A stretch of 64,000 nucleotides of DNA from Phoronis australis (Eukaryota > Animalia > Phoronida), in NCBI GenBank assembly GCA_002633005.1, contig NMRA01000070.1:938369-1002368 (forward strand). Reading direction: 5' to 3'. The translations under genes were made by a program, and so were the position numbers. Every line of letters starts with the position of its first letter. Within the stretch, counting starts at the first letter, position 1. The notes below the pieces were generated by a model, which saw nothing but the letters and a program-made list of their open reading frames with translations, was not told where the DNA came from and ran no database searches. Positions 26,133 through 40,200 of this stretch are shown piece by piece.

Positions 26133-27811
26133 CTCGGAGAGAGACGAACTACCGCGATCATGGCTTCCCAGAATACATCTTGGATAAACAGCGTGCGGAT
26201 ACAGTCCAAGAAGAAGACATTGTTTTGATAAAATATTCACACTAAGAACAAAAATTGATTAGAACAAATTCGTCATGCTTTGTTTACACGAACTTGTTGA
26301 TCTTTATTCAAGGATGTGTGAAGAGGCTTTATCAATGTGTAACGGTACATGTACTGAGATTAATGTAGATTCTTAGCAGTTTAAAAGAAAGCAACGTAAT
26401 CACATTTAGGAAAAAACTACAAGGCAAAACACTATATGATTTGTATTTATTTAGACCATCAAAGTAAAATAAAAGTATTTCAGCGCTGTTTATTTAAAAT
26501 GATTATTGCCTTGGGACTTCGTGTTCCGCGTAAAGGCGAGTATGAGATATTTTTCTTTAACTTTGCGACTGTCACAGAATTCGAGTCGTAAACTAAGAGA
26601 GTATTTAAGTGTTTAAATATCTGTTGTTTTCTATAGGAGATCTAGACGGGACTGAGTTTTGTCAAAGATACCCAGTTTTGACCCGGCGTCGAAGCAGCGC
26701 TCAATATAACGTTCAATAAAAACTTAAGGTGGATTATTTTAAATTCAGTGTGTCGTTACTACACACATGCACGCGATATTGACATAGTGAGACCACACTA
26801 GAAAAACTGCGTAAATAGACCCATGAATCGTCAAAACCTGCATTCTGCTCACTGCATGGCGGCTGGGTGAGCTACATTGTATTTCCGTGATTTTTTAAAG
26901 ATGCCAGACATACAAATCACTCGATACTGCATGGTGGATAGGCATGGGACATATAAGTCATGCGGAATGTTAGACTTGGTAAACATAACCATGACTCCCC
27001 ATGATGTAATTTTACACTTTGAAGGGTGTTCTGTTTAGGCCCAAATTGTCGTAATGTTAAATATGTAAAACGTTGACTCTTGGGTTCAGCTCTAGTTGCA
27101 GTATATGTTGCTGAGCGTTACCTTTTTGAGGTGCTGAAACAAGAAGTTCAATACCAGAGGGAGGGACACCTGGCGGATCGTCGCCATTTTGTTTTGAGTA
27201 CATCTGTACCTGAAGATTTTTGTGCGTAGCGGTGAGGTTTTCCGGTTAGGATTAGGTGTGTGGCGGTCAGTTTAGGTACATTAAGAGTGGTGGAGCCAAA
27301 AAAGAGCTTGGCGTGCGCCCTGATTTTTACACGCGGAGGAATCACTGGTTATAAATGAATGAAAATGTCTGACGCAGGTCTTCAATCCACGCGAGTCCCA
27401 CTTCAATAAATCGAAACCAGTTGGCAACTATTGCGAAATATTATTACATTTAACAATCTTAGTTTGTTAAGATTCGTAGTTCTTTGCTTTCCTACGTTTC
27501 CATCACCGTTCATTCGGTGCCAGAGCATACATATGTAAGTCGTTGTTTTTTGTTTATCGACGAAAGCGTATCATACATGTAAGTTGTCAAATGTTTAAGC
27601 CCACGAGTCTATCTAATGTAATAAAATAATTCCCATCTAACTAAGAAGAAGTTCCTCTCTTTCTCTAAGAAAAGACCACCTCCTTAACCATTTACGGTCC
27701 GACTAAGGCATAAAAACACATACCATGTACATGTACAATGTATGTGCGAAAAATTCGCCACAAACGAAAAACTAACAAGCCATTGCCTTGTCAAACTTGC
27801 GCGATCTCTAG

Positions 27812-28193
27812 GATTTCGATGCACGAAAACGTCACCTGGTTGTGATCGATGACTTGATGTTAATTAGGTTAAATTAGACAGCGGAGTGGCCAAGATGTTT
27901 ACAAGAGGAGGCCAGCATCGAAACGTGACCTGATTTTGCTGGTGCAAAAGGTTTTGTTAAAATAGGGAAATGTGCACCGTCTCTTTTAATGCGCACTTTT
28001 GGCCAGCTTGGCTAAGCAAATATGTCCCGGTCACGTACAATTTCTTCAAGAAGCTTACGTGGACGCTACTAAAGAACCTTTTGACTATATATTCGTAGAC
28101 GTTAAACAAAAGATCCCAGAACACATGCGACTCAGAATGCACATTTTCTCTGATGAAACCCAGCTTTTCTACATTCCCAAGAAATTTCAGTAG
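27812..28193 (+). pseudogene. Maverick/Polinton packaging ATPase (A32/FtsK-like) remnant
   Basis: Walker B HLVVIDDLM, then AKMFTRGGQHRNVT, ILLVQ, TVSFNAH, and LAKQICPG..FLQEAYVDATKEPFDYIFVDVKQ..PEHMRLRMHIF, in the order typical of Maverick ATPases; interrupted by stops, frameshifts and a deletion. Confidence 0.85.
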
Positions 28194-28360
28194 ACGTTTC
28201 TTCTACACCTGCTGCCATTTGTTCTCTGCACTTCGAACACGAAAGACGTCCTCGGCAAGATTGGGCAGACACGTCTACACGGCTACGTTTGTCTAAGCCT
28301 AGTGTTGTCAAGACTACCGTTCAAGCAGTGCAATATGTATGTCTATGGAAAACATGTTTG

Positions 28361-29190
28361 ACGACCCGCGGCCCACCACCCCCTCGACGAAGTCTACGCA
28401 AGCTCAACTCGATCTGAACACAGAAGAAGCGCTGATTTGCAGGGCTACCGTGTTGGGCTGTGAGCTCGGCTAGGTATTCTCTGTTATTTTGCAACTAAGA
28501 GAGTCGATTCGGCAAGTTTGAAAGCCAAAAACAGAAAAAACAACGCGACCAAATCGAATCAAAGACCTACCAACGTCGCAAATGTTGCTCCCGGCAAAGT
28601 GTAATCGTCTCGTCTGCTCTTCAGTGAATGGTAGATTCAAGTTTTTGTGGGAGAGTGCGAGGAAGCGCGAAATATGTAATTTCTTCAGTAAATACAGTTT
28701 AAGAAACAATTTTTAACTAAAAATTACATGTATCTCAACCTAACAAGGAGTATATTGTAGATGAGTCTACAACAACAAAAAACAAGTAATAACAATGTGA
28801 AATTATGTCCATCCAAATTGACGCACTCTTTCCGTACATGTACATGTAAGTTTAGTAGAACAGGGCCATTAGTAGCCACTAGTGAAACTATTTCCGTGAC
28901 AACGATAGCACGCTCATAGTTTGCTAGTTTGTATTATGTCCTTACGCCACTAGCTGTTTTAATCACCAGACTTCAGCCAGAGCAGATTCGCGGTAGGCAA
29001 GTCTTATTGGAAAGTCATTCGGCGACGTAACATCATTATGAAATGTGTAAAAGGCGCAAAGTTGCATCTAGTATCACAGGTCGTGGGTCGAGGGGGTTGT
29101 GGATCGTGGGGGTCGTGGGTCGAGGGGGTTGTGGATCGTGGGGGTCGTGGGTTGAGGTTCGAGGTAGTTGTTGGGTTTGAGGTCGAGGGG
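28361..29190. mobile_element. Non-autonomous foldback-like element, copy A (inserted in the Maverick relic)
   Basis: About 800 bp colinear with 43506-44294 (ctcgatctgaaca, tcgattcggcaag, gtgtaatcgtct, aactatttccgtgacaacga, caccagacttcagccagagcaga); right end built from 32-bp GGGTCGTGG-type repeats; left C-rich end truncated. Confidence 0.75.
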
Positions 29191-29267
29191 GCTTTTGAGA
29201 AGAACCCATTTAGGAAGTATAATTTTGGGGTACAGAGAAAAGTTATGAACCATACGGTCGAGCAAGG

Positions 29268-29460
29268 TACCCAAATGGCAACTCCCTGTTTAGCTTTGAC
29301 GCCTATCTCTAACCTTTAAGACAACTTGATAAAACAAGGAATCGTGTGTTTAGGCTGACTTTGACCATCCTTTACCGCGTACCAGCAACACGCTTGTGTA
29401 CGCCGAGTTCGAAAACATGATCTAAATCGATCACTTGAGGAGCGACTTGTTCGATGTTAC
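29268..29460 (+). pseudogene. Maverick/Polinton major capsid protein, C-terminal remnant
   Basis: Fragments YPNGNSLFSFD, NLIKQG and FDHPLPRTSNTLVYAEFENMI*IDHLRSDLFD across frameshifts resemble the conserved Maverick MCP C-terminus (...VYAEFENxIEID...). Confidence 0.7.
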
Positions 29461-29469
29461 AATTGGAGC

Positions 29470-29727
29470 AACAGTACTACTTATGATATCGAAGCCATCG
29501 TTTTGCGGGATCTCTTTGTCGGAACCAGTATTCAGTGGATGCTTTCCAAGTGACCAGGTCAAAGACTTTTGGTACCTTTGTAGGGCACGCATTGGATGAC
29601 CATATGCCTGTCGGGAGCAAGCGTCGAGAATAATTATGGAATTGTGTCCTTTAGTAATACTGTTTCATGGAAAACAAACAATAAGCCACTTCAAGATCCA
29701 AAATATTCCGAGTGCGGTCAATATTGT
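29470..29727 (+). pseudogene. Maverick/Polinton adenain-like cysteine protease remnant
   Basis: TYDIEAIVLRD..VFSGCFPSDQ, GTHWMTICL (catalytic His) and WKTNNKPLQDPKYSECGQYC (Gln and catalytic Cys), directly after the MCP remnant. Confidence 0.78.
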
Positions 29728-31286
29728 CAGCAGATATCCTTTGCCTCAAACGTTCTTGTATTATATTCCATTTTATTTTCAGGTGTGAATTGACAAACAG
29801 TTAATGTGGCTTTTTTAATCAAAGACGAGGTCAGAGTTTATCAGTTACTTTTCTTGTACATGTTTAGACAAGTTTACACCTAATTCCAATACCCTGCATT
29901 GTGTTTGCGTCTGTGCCCGTGTGTGTTTTGTCTTCGTATGCTCTAAGTAATAAATCAAACTGCGATTGTTGTCCCAGTGCCATAACACAATACCACTTGA
30001 CATTTCATTTTCACCTCTGACACGCCGCTCATGTCGTTTTTTCTATATACGTCAATACTACAAGTTTAAAGTTGACGTAGAACTAAATGGAATAGGTAAT
30101 AATTATTTTATATTATTATTGTACTCTGTCCTTGTAATCACGCGAGAAAGGGCACCAACAACTCACTTCCGAAGGACAAATATCACACAATGAATACCCA
30201 AAACGTACCGAGAGTGGCGTCGATGAAGTAATATCCACGAGACAGTATTCTGCGGAATAATGTGGGATATTACTTCATCTGCGCCAATCGGGGTACGTTT
30301 TGCATTTATCCCATACTGTACGCTTCGAATTCCTTTGTTTCTTTCATTTTTGAGGCAGATGTTTCAAATACTTCACCTAAGGTGTTCACGAAGTGGATCA
30401 CATCCTACATGCTGTATATGTACATGTATGCACTTCCGCGTTAGCTTGCAAGTTTTATCTAGTAAAAGAAACAGATTTAAAGTAACGATTTATTACCTGA
30501 AAAGAGATAACGAAGATGAAAACAACGGTAACTGTACATTGAACTTGTAACATTTCCGGAAAGTAGTTAAACAACAACATTTGATATTGTAGTTACCGGG
30601 AAATCGGCTGAGTTGCAGCAATTGAAAACTGAGACAGAACTGTCACACACCGGTAACTTAAAGTCCTGTTTCAGATGTCACGGTTGGGACCTGATTGCAT
30701 GTTGAGTGTTATTTACAGTGCTGCAATATTGTATTACTTTAAATTATTTTCAGAAAATTTGATGATCGAATCGACTAACGACGTCGAGTCGACGATGACC
30801 TATATTTTTGAACTTTCCATGTCAGGGGTCACTGTTGAAGTAGTGCGGGAGGTGGATACGGAAAACATTATTACATGGCCCTATTGCACTCGACTGATTC
30901 AAAGCGTATGTGATAAGAGAAGGGTTCCATTTCGGATAAACAATTGCCGATGGATTTCCCTCGTTGAAGGACGACTAGCCCCTATATTGATTCTGGTAAC
31001 ACCAGTTGCGCTGTCGAAATCAAGGGCGCTTAGAAGTAATAAAAAACGGTACGTGGGGTTTAGATGGGCATTTCATCGGACAAGATTGTGTAGGCTTGTT
31101 AATTCTGTTATTCACCGTGAATAAACGCACGGATATGCTTGCATTGATCTTAAACACCACATCGTCGACGTCTCTAGGGGTTGGTTTAACATGGGTGTCG
31201 GTGGCAATGACAGAGCAGATATTAAAATGAATGTCGATTATCAAATAATATTGGGTAAGGGATTTCTGATGCTTGATGTGATAATA

Positions 31287-34200
31287 CTACTTGCGTATCA
31301 AGGGTATCCAAGGTCTACGAGGAGTAGAAGCGATATAAAACGCGATGTTAGTAAATAAAATTTGTTTTCTATGGTGGCTTCAATCATTGCTTGTCGAATG
31401 TGACAGTTTTCGACATCGTCAAGTTTAATTCTTCGTTTTCTTCCCGCAGGTCCTCGCTCGCATTCTTTCTGTTGGCGCAGTTTCTGTAACAATTATCAAC
31501 ACCACTAACGATTTATAAGATAAGAATTATTTTAGGAACTTGAATCAAGACCTACAGTACTCTTAAGAGGGTTTGATACAGTTTGTAAAAAGGCTGCAAA
31601 ACAGTCGTTGTTTTATCACAATACCCAAGTTATCAAAGATTTAGTATGATTTTCTACATGTATTTCAGAGGGCACATTACTGAATTTGAAAAATGATGAT
31701 TTTGGGTTGAAACAGTGGTTGGTGACTGAGCTCTATGCGATGCTCCAAAAACTGAATTCTTTTAATCACGCTATGAGCCAGTATCTGCCGCATGACTCAT
31801 AAAGCAAGCACTCTTTGAGATGAGATCTGAAAAACGCTGCAAGATCACATCGTTTAATAGTAGTCTAATGCGACGGTAAAACTACAAAATGGAAGAAGTA
31901 AAGAACTAACCTGTATAACAACGTGTGCCGTTTTAGTCGCTTCAAGTCGGCTTTTGTATCTGGTAGATGAACCAACCTTGTTTCCGGTAAGAGTAGCGAC
32001 AAAGCCGCGGCTGTGAGTGAAGCCACTCCAAATACGATTAACGGCAATCCGCTGTAGTAGACCTTACCCTGAAAGCATTACGAAACGCATGTCATTATCA
32101 TAAAAAGTTCAACTGCCATGGTTTTAAAGCACTTGTCACGCCGTTCACGTTTTTGTCGTGGTACGCCGTGGCGCTAGTACTGGGCGTTTCGAGTATTGAT
32201 TGTTGCATTGCATCGACCTTTTCCGGAGTCACAACGGTTAACCGTTTCTCATTAACGAGGGCTTATGCAGTGCAGTCCTACCCATGTAATTCAGAAAGTT
32301 ACTTGCCACTTCTTGCTAGAGAACCAGGTATGCGCCATTAGCCGCTTGTTGTCATTTTAGCAGGCGTGGAGTAAGAAACGCTAGTCAGAGGAACGTGATA
32401 ATTTATGTCCGAGTACATGGATGCCTAATAAGTAAATGAAGTGGTTTTCTGCGTTAGTTTTTATGGAAATTATCATGGTATGACAAGATGAGGAGGACGT
32501 TGCCAAATCTGATAGCAAAATGGAAACATTTCATTTTACCAATATCGCAATGTATGGCGCTATAATCACTCCCACTCTCCCAATGAAGGAGCTGGTTCCT
32601 ATGCCGATAGAGCGGAATGTGGTAGGATAGAATTCAGGCGTGTAGATGAACATGGTAGCGAAGGCTGCTGTGCTGGAGAACTTCCCAACCATAGCCAACA
32701 CCGTTGTTATCACGCCTAATTCTGAAAATAAAAGGAACCTTGACTTGCTCGTGAACTTTCAAAAATAAGATACATTAGCGACAAAGGTTCTGAATGCAAT
32801 AAGATGAGTCACCAAGCAGAAATGCTTATACCAGGTGTTGGTCTAGACTCATCGGGAACGCGGACCTGTCGTTCGCCAGGGCGTCAAAAATCGGGTGCAC
32901 CATCGTGTTACAACCGACGTCATTCTTTATCAATCCCTTAAGGACCATTGAAATGCCACTAAAGTAGAGTATTGTGAACAGTAAGTTGTAATGCTAACAC
33001 AAGATTTGACAAGTCGAAAGCTTCGAAATCTAAATCAATTAATTGCACAATGAATTTTTTGCGAGTCGACTTCCGTGGCAGTATAGCAAACCGACACAAC
33101 AAGCAACAGAAGATATGTGTAATAAATTTCACATTTAATAAATTTACCCTTAGGAATTGCCATTGTCAACAGCAGAGCAAGAGAGGCTGTCAGAAGAGAG
33201 GCGAAGGTTGTTCCACGGCGGCCCAAACGGCTTTTCAATAGGAAATATACACACAAAAAAGCTGGAAGTTCAGCAGCACCGGAAATGGCGAAGTTTACAT
33301 AAGGGTCACCTACCAGACTTGCTGTGTTGTAAGACAACCCATAGAATAACAGATTGCAAGAAAACCTGCAAAACATGTGACATGTAGTTTAACATTTTAG
33401 TGATCCAAATGCAAAACAGTTTGCCACTGTTTTGCCCTCGCCGTTAAGTCACTGATGGTGGAGAAATTCAAACACATAGTAAACTTTATGGCTTCTTCCC
33501 CATTTGCCTCAGCCATTCTACAAATCTGTTCTGTTGTAATTAGCATGTATCAAAGACAGGCAACTGTTCAAAACGTCGGAAATGAATATCTGGCCTGCTC
33601 ACTTCACAACTAAATGCACCACTTAAATGTGGGACTGTTAGGAGTTTTGCTTTATTTAGCTAGGGCAAAATATGGGCTATAATCAATAATGCGCAATGCT
33701 TACACACACGAGAACTTGAAAAATAACATGTTCAGACATGGTATAACAAAATGCACAGGTTTCATCATCTTGCCATGTATATTTTGCGTTGTTACTCCAC
33801 TCTGCGATTGGATGTAAATGAAAAGGAAAAGATATTGAATTTTACCACAGGAAACAGCTACAAAGCGTGAATCTCAACATCATTCGGGATTTCAAGAGAC
33901 TTATCAGGTTGACCTTTCTTCGTTCGTGTCCCTCAAATCTCATCACCTCTTGCTGAAATAAGAAAACAAACGCTACATTGATGGAGAAGCGGGCCAACGT
34001 GGAGCTATTCATTAGATGGCGCTGCTAAAACGGTTTCTGTTTAACTTGGTATGGGTATTACCAACAAATATGCGTACTTATCCGAATAAAAACAAGACTA
34101 GGGTTTTGATCTCAATAAAAGTATATATTTCTGAAAATAGAAAACCGATAGACTTTGATGTTTGAATTTTTATCAATCTGCCATTAGTTGGTACCGTGAC

Positions 34201-37200
34201 CGCATCTTTTTGGTAAAATTTAGCAAAGAAGAGGGGACATTGATAGGAAATTTACGGTATAAAAAGCATATTATTAACCATTTGTTTGAATAAAAATTTC
34301 AAGTTGAAATTTCAAAAAATATTACAGAATCAAGTATATGTGGAAATATCAACGTGTTCAACACAAATTTCTTGTTCCCAGTATACCATTTTATCAAAAT
34401 TAGGTATGCGGAAAAGATGATGTCTCGATTTGAGAAACGATTTCAAGAGTAAAATCAGTCAAATTTAGTCGTTTAAATATACGTACTGGCCTAACTTTTA
34501 CTTAAATGCGCCATTTTGAAACGAGGTTGTAAACTAGCGGAAGCGGAAACGTAGTACTTTTCGTAACTGGCAGTATGAATATAAAATCCTTTAATTTGGA
34601 TTGCGAATTCTTGTGAAGAAACGCCAACAGAAGAGAAGGCCATCATATAATCCAAGAATGCTTCGTAACAACTATGATGTTAGAACATTCCCAATTTCTT
34701 TGAAAACCGTTTGCTCGACAATACATGTACGTTAAGCAAAGCCAGCACACGTGGTTAACACTGTTTTCCGGCTGGCGGGGTACGGGGGGGGGGGGNGGGG
34801 GGGGGGCGTCCGTAAGATGAGGTGCCGTGGACGCACGCTCGAAACTCATGAAGTTTATGTGAGTTATCGCCATACATAATCCTAGGTTCATACTGCAATA
34901 TGTCTCACCTGTTTCGTGGCTTCTGTCGTTGAACTTTGAATCATTGCCACGTACCCATCTGTCCATTCCTTTTTATTTACTTTTGTCATATTTTTCATGA
35001 TGGCGATTGCTTCATCCTCTCTGTCGTTCTGTAGAAGCCAGCGTACCGACTCTGGGGTGAACCTGGCATGCAAAAACAGATTTTCAAGTAATAGTTCCAC
35101 AATCTAATGAGTTTCATTTTCGTGTTTTCGCTTCCTTCTTAATTCTAAATTGTTGGAAAACAGTTGTCAAGTGTGTTAATGCCATGTCGTTGTTGATAAT
35201 TTAAGTAGGGTTCTGCTAATGGTAAGAGTGTAACTTGTCGGCCGGAGGTGGGGGTGGGGGGCTACTGATGGAGTTTCCAATACAAATGTAGGGTAGTGAA
35301 AATGGAGAACGGACGGCAAATTGGCAGCGAACAGCGGAGAAACGCTGCGTTAACATTTACCAAGGGCATCTGCATTGTATCACGTGGTTGCTAAGCTTAA
35401 AAATAAGAATTAAGCAAACCTGCCGTCTAATTTCTCAGGTCATTACTGGACGGTGGATTGGACGTTACAATTCCCGGCCTACATCTTTATTTGAAAATAT
35501 CTCCCCATTAACCTAGACACTGCATCAGAAGGCCATTGAGCTCTTGCGTTTTAATCCATGGATGAAAATACCTCGGTTAATTTAGGTGTGGTCAAAAAGC
35601 CAAGTGGTGTCTGATCTTTAGACAAATCATGTTGAAACTTGCACACACCAGACTAAGAAATCTAGATGCATCAATTTCAGCCAAGATTTCGTGTTTTCGT
35701 GAAAAGCTAATTTACAAAGGCACGTACGTAAAACTGGCAAGCAAAGTTTAAAATGTCGTGGTTTGTCAAGCAACGAGAAAGAAAAATCTGCATCATGTTG
35801 CTGATCTCAATTAGATTTTCTCTTTGAAAAAGGGAGCAAGTAAGAAACCGACTCCATTGAAAAATACAGACCAAAACACTATATGCTTCGTGACCTAATC
35901 TACAATATATGTATAGTGGCTGTACACTTACCATGCGTAAAGAAACACAAACACCAAAATCGGTACATGAAGGACAAGTTGCAGTGTAGACCATACCCTT
36001 ACGAAGTACGCTATCAGTGCCAGCGTGAGATAGCCAAAGGACCACGCGACATATATCCCCAGTCCAGCAAATACCCTCCATTTTACTCCTACCATCTCTA
36101 CGCCTGAAAGCATAAAACGTTTTAGCGTCCATTTCAATATGAACTGTACCGTGCCGGTTTAACTAGATACTGTACATGGATTGCCGGAAATCCTTAGTGG
36201 GTACAAACCCTCCATTCCACGCCCGATTGGGGATGACCCGGGGACCTGATCTAGGAACAGTTACATCGATCTGTTCCTTTCTCTTTCAACAATCTTTCTT
36301 TTTCGCGAACACGTTATTTAAAGAGAAAGACGCCCTTCCGTGGAATACTAATCCGTTTTCTCGACTTGTCTCGACGTTGTAAATTCCGTTCAAGATGGTG
36401 TAACGTGAATAAAGAAAGATGATGGCGGAAAAGAATTAAGATGAATGCTGAGGAATAGTACCAAGGAAGGACCGTAGGGTTGTGATTGAAGACGGCGATG
36501 ATGCTGCCCAGAAATGGATTTTTGAATCTTCATGGTTATTTGATGTTCAAGACGCGCCGTAATGCGTTTAATCTCAACCTCAACTCACTTCTCTAACGCT
36601 ATGCTTGCTCCAGTACATGTGTACTTGTCTTCTTACTATAGTCGACCTCCATCGCAGCTTCTATTTACCCCAAACCTGGATACGCAGGGACTAAGTGACA
36701 AAACGCCTATAGTCTCAACAATACTAGATAGGCTACTTCTTTATGGGCAAGTGATCCAACCTTTAGCACTACGTACATATCACATGAAATGCTTTTAGTT
36801 CTAGCCCGGAACGACTGCGGTCCGGTACATCTGCTTGACTATGGCAGCTCACGCACTGGTAGCCAAAGATGTTCGAATATGGTGTTTCAGCGACGAAAAA
36901 TCGGGCGAGAATGGGTATCCAAAATCCATGATGCCCCTTGGGTCAACAGAAATGTCGAAAACGGCCAACAAGTTCCAACACTCACCAATTATAAAAGCAC
37001 TTTGGTAAGCGGCCAAGCTGCTGCCGCTTATAATGCCACATCCGGCAGCAAACACGATGGGATGGGGGGAGAAAGCAGTCAAGATGCCCACAACTGCTTG
37101 TATGCTAGTCATCAACACGAGTATTTTCTTTCTTCCAAACCTGAACGAGAAAAATATATATTCCCACCTGCATACAAAGTCTTCACCACAGTAAAGACAT

Positions 37201-40200
37201 TTACAGCTGAGACTGTTTGTTAAGGCACTTCCAAAAACTACATCAAGGGCCATCATCGACGAGAAAATTAATTTTCTGAGACCAGTCTTGTAATAGATCC
37301 TGCAACGCCTGCAGTCGCAATGTATCGTCTCGAAGGTGGAGATATACATGTACCAAGCTCAATAAATGACATTTACATGTAGCTATGATTTTAAGAATGT
37401 TTAACTTGTCAAGTCGCCGGTCTTGATAGCAGAGAATGTCTAATAGACACCGGGGAGAATCCACTGGCGATATGTAAGAAAATCACAAAAACACAAAAAT
37501 TTAGTTATTTCGTAGCTTTTGTCAAAGACAATAAATTCAAAAAGGTTATCTCATCTAAGACCAATCCCAAAATGCTTTTCGGTCGGAAACCCGATAATGT
37601 TCCTTTGAAGACAACCTTATCCGGTTTGCTTGAAGCAAGAAAGTCTTAGCCAAAGGAATAACGTGCTCTGCCAAAGCCGATGTTCTTAGTTTATTTTAAA
37701 AGCTGCTGATGTTTTCAGGCAGGATTTAACACTAGATACAGTGTATACCAGTGCGTGAAAAAGTCCATGTCAGCACCTTTACATTCCTGCTAATTCAACG
37801 GTCCTGGGCCAGCAGATATTTAACCCTTAACACAAAAAAACGACCAACATCCTGAAACTCCATGAACTTCAGTCTCGGGGAGCAAATTGTATGCCTAGGA
37901 ATAAAGTTGAGGTGTCCGGTTATAGATAATCTAGGTGACAGTGGCCGGAATTAAAGGATCGGTCATAGAATCGTTTCAATACACTGGATGTGAGTATGAC
38001 GAACAGTGTGGCTTAATTAATTGTATGGTAAAGTATGAGTCGGACACGGATGAGAGCAGACTGCATGTATGGTGTTAAGGCAGCATAATTTTGCAAAAGT
38101 AGTAATGAAAACCAACAACACAACATTTCTACCATATATATCACATATAGACTCAACGCAAAATGCCAATAAAAAAACATTCCAGGACTCAGTGCGTTCC
38201 GTAAGGCCAGTTACCTTGTGGGCTTGGTGAAATCGCGTGAGCATGCGCGCACCCAGGGAGAGGAGGGGCTCGGGGGGCTCGAACGATCCCCCCATTTGGC
38301 GAAGTGGACAAAAAGGTCCGCCTCAAAGAAACAAAAAGACCGAGAAGACGAGACAAAAGACCAATAAAAAGGCGCAGGCCGCAGTTCTGACGGCGGTACC
38401 CCGTTTTTTTTCTTTAGTCCTGCCGCATTTTTGTCATCAAAAGGTCCACATGGCCAGGAATTCGAGCCCCTCCCATATTTAAGGCTGGGTGCGCGCATAA
38501 TGAGGTATTGATATGCATCGAAAGAGAAGCACTAGTTGTCAGCAGCATTCACTCACGAGTATCCTGCGTTGCAGAAGGAGCCACTGCATATACATGTAAT
38601 ACCTGTCGGCTAAGACCCCACCAATCGCTCCGAACACTAGCTTTCCAATTCCCATACTCGCACCAACAGATGCTGCGATCCATTCTTTTCCACACACGAG
38701 ATTCCACTAGAGAGACAGTTTAAAAGTTATGAAAATAATACACTGCATAGATGAATATTATTCATAATTGCATATCAAAAGTAGTAGTAAAACCGTGTCA
38801 CGTGAAACGCTTATTTTCTATTGGCGTATACCCCGAACAAGGGCGTATGCTCCAGGGCCGTGCTGAATAAAACTTTAAAACGTATCTACTAGAGAACTCT
38901 TCTTGCTGCATGGCGTCATGTGCATTGTTCAAGAACGACAACATGCACCTGGGGCGCAAATGCAAAGGGTCCACCGTGTGAAGGACTTCGATATTTCCGA
39001 AGGTGCGCACGTCAAGCAGTAGACTGTGGATGTTGTGGAGTAACTAATTCATTCGCAATTGTACCTTTTTGGTTACTAGAGAAACTGTTCTTCGCACTAC
39101 GAACACGTTGCACCCCAGGGTACCGCACATTTATTCGCTGGAATAATTCAATAAGGACACGAAACAGTGACCCGTGATGGAAAGCCACCTCACCTTCGCC
39201 GAGATTTGGATCCGTAATAAAACAGAGGAACCCTGGGACCAGTACATTTATCTGAAGACGTACTAGGAAATGGTTCTGTTGTGCCGGTCGTAGGCGGAAT
39301 GGGCATTGGCCTTTTATGCATATGAAATACCTGTTTGTTGCCAACTTAGGTTTTCTAGAGCGCTACATTAGATGTGAGATGAAAAATGAAAGGAAATGCA
39401 TCAAACCAGGCAACGAAGGGTGGAGACTCACATATCGGAAACTTTCTCCGGCCACACAGAATTGGAGTCCAAGGTGGAAGGTGGGAGCTTTGCGCGCGTC
39501 ACGTGAAATGGTCGTGGTAGAATCTCAGGGGTAACAGGGACTCTTGACACGCTTTTATCAGCGATTTCAATAGATCTTTACCCACTCGGCTGTAGGGGCA
39601 CTAAACAAGACAGTTACGCCTGGCAATGGAACTACTTTTAAGTGAATGATGAGATGCCTTGAACATCAACACAACATTCACATATGAAACTTTTTTCGGC
39701 GGCCACATTTACGATTCAATAACACCGCGCGACATTAAGTTTATGCACTTCAGCACTCTTTCGAAAAGTCTGTTTAGTTACATGTACAGTGGCGGATCTA
39801 GGATATCACAAGGGGGGGCCCAACATTTTGTCCGGCTGTAAACATTTGCGCAAACTGAACCACGATTGTAAACGCGCATAGCACCGAATGGGGGGAGGTC
39901 GGGAGGGGGGTTTGCCCCCTCCCGCCCAGGAAATTTTTCTGTTTTTACCTCTAAAAATCAAGCATTTTCCTTGATTCCTGATGTATTATCCAAGAAAAAA
40001 AGGAGAACGTGTCAAACAGGAAAAACTGGAAGTATCAAAGACTCGAACTCACGACCTTGCGCGTACTGCGCGCGTGCGTTACCACTACACCACCACGATT
40101 TAACAACTAATTGCATACTGAGAGACCTACTTGTTTATGGTTCACAGCGTTTGCTTCTTTTTGTAATGCTTATAACACGTTTTGTGCCATCGATTCTTAA

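Noticed and set aside
29080-29190. Regular 32-bp repeats as a CRISPR-like array
   Set aside because: Tandem repeats without unique spacers, in eukaryotic DNA, forming the end of a dispersed element.
31006-31070. QGRLEVIKNGTWG resembling the start of an SRCR domain
   Set aside because: Lacks the following VCDD and Cys pattern, and lies in an alternative frame across a likely donor site.
34776-34807. Long G-run as a regulatory G-quadruplex
   Set aside because: Contains an n and probably marks a contig join, so its length is unreliable.
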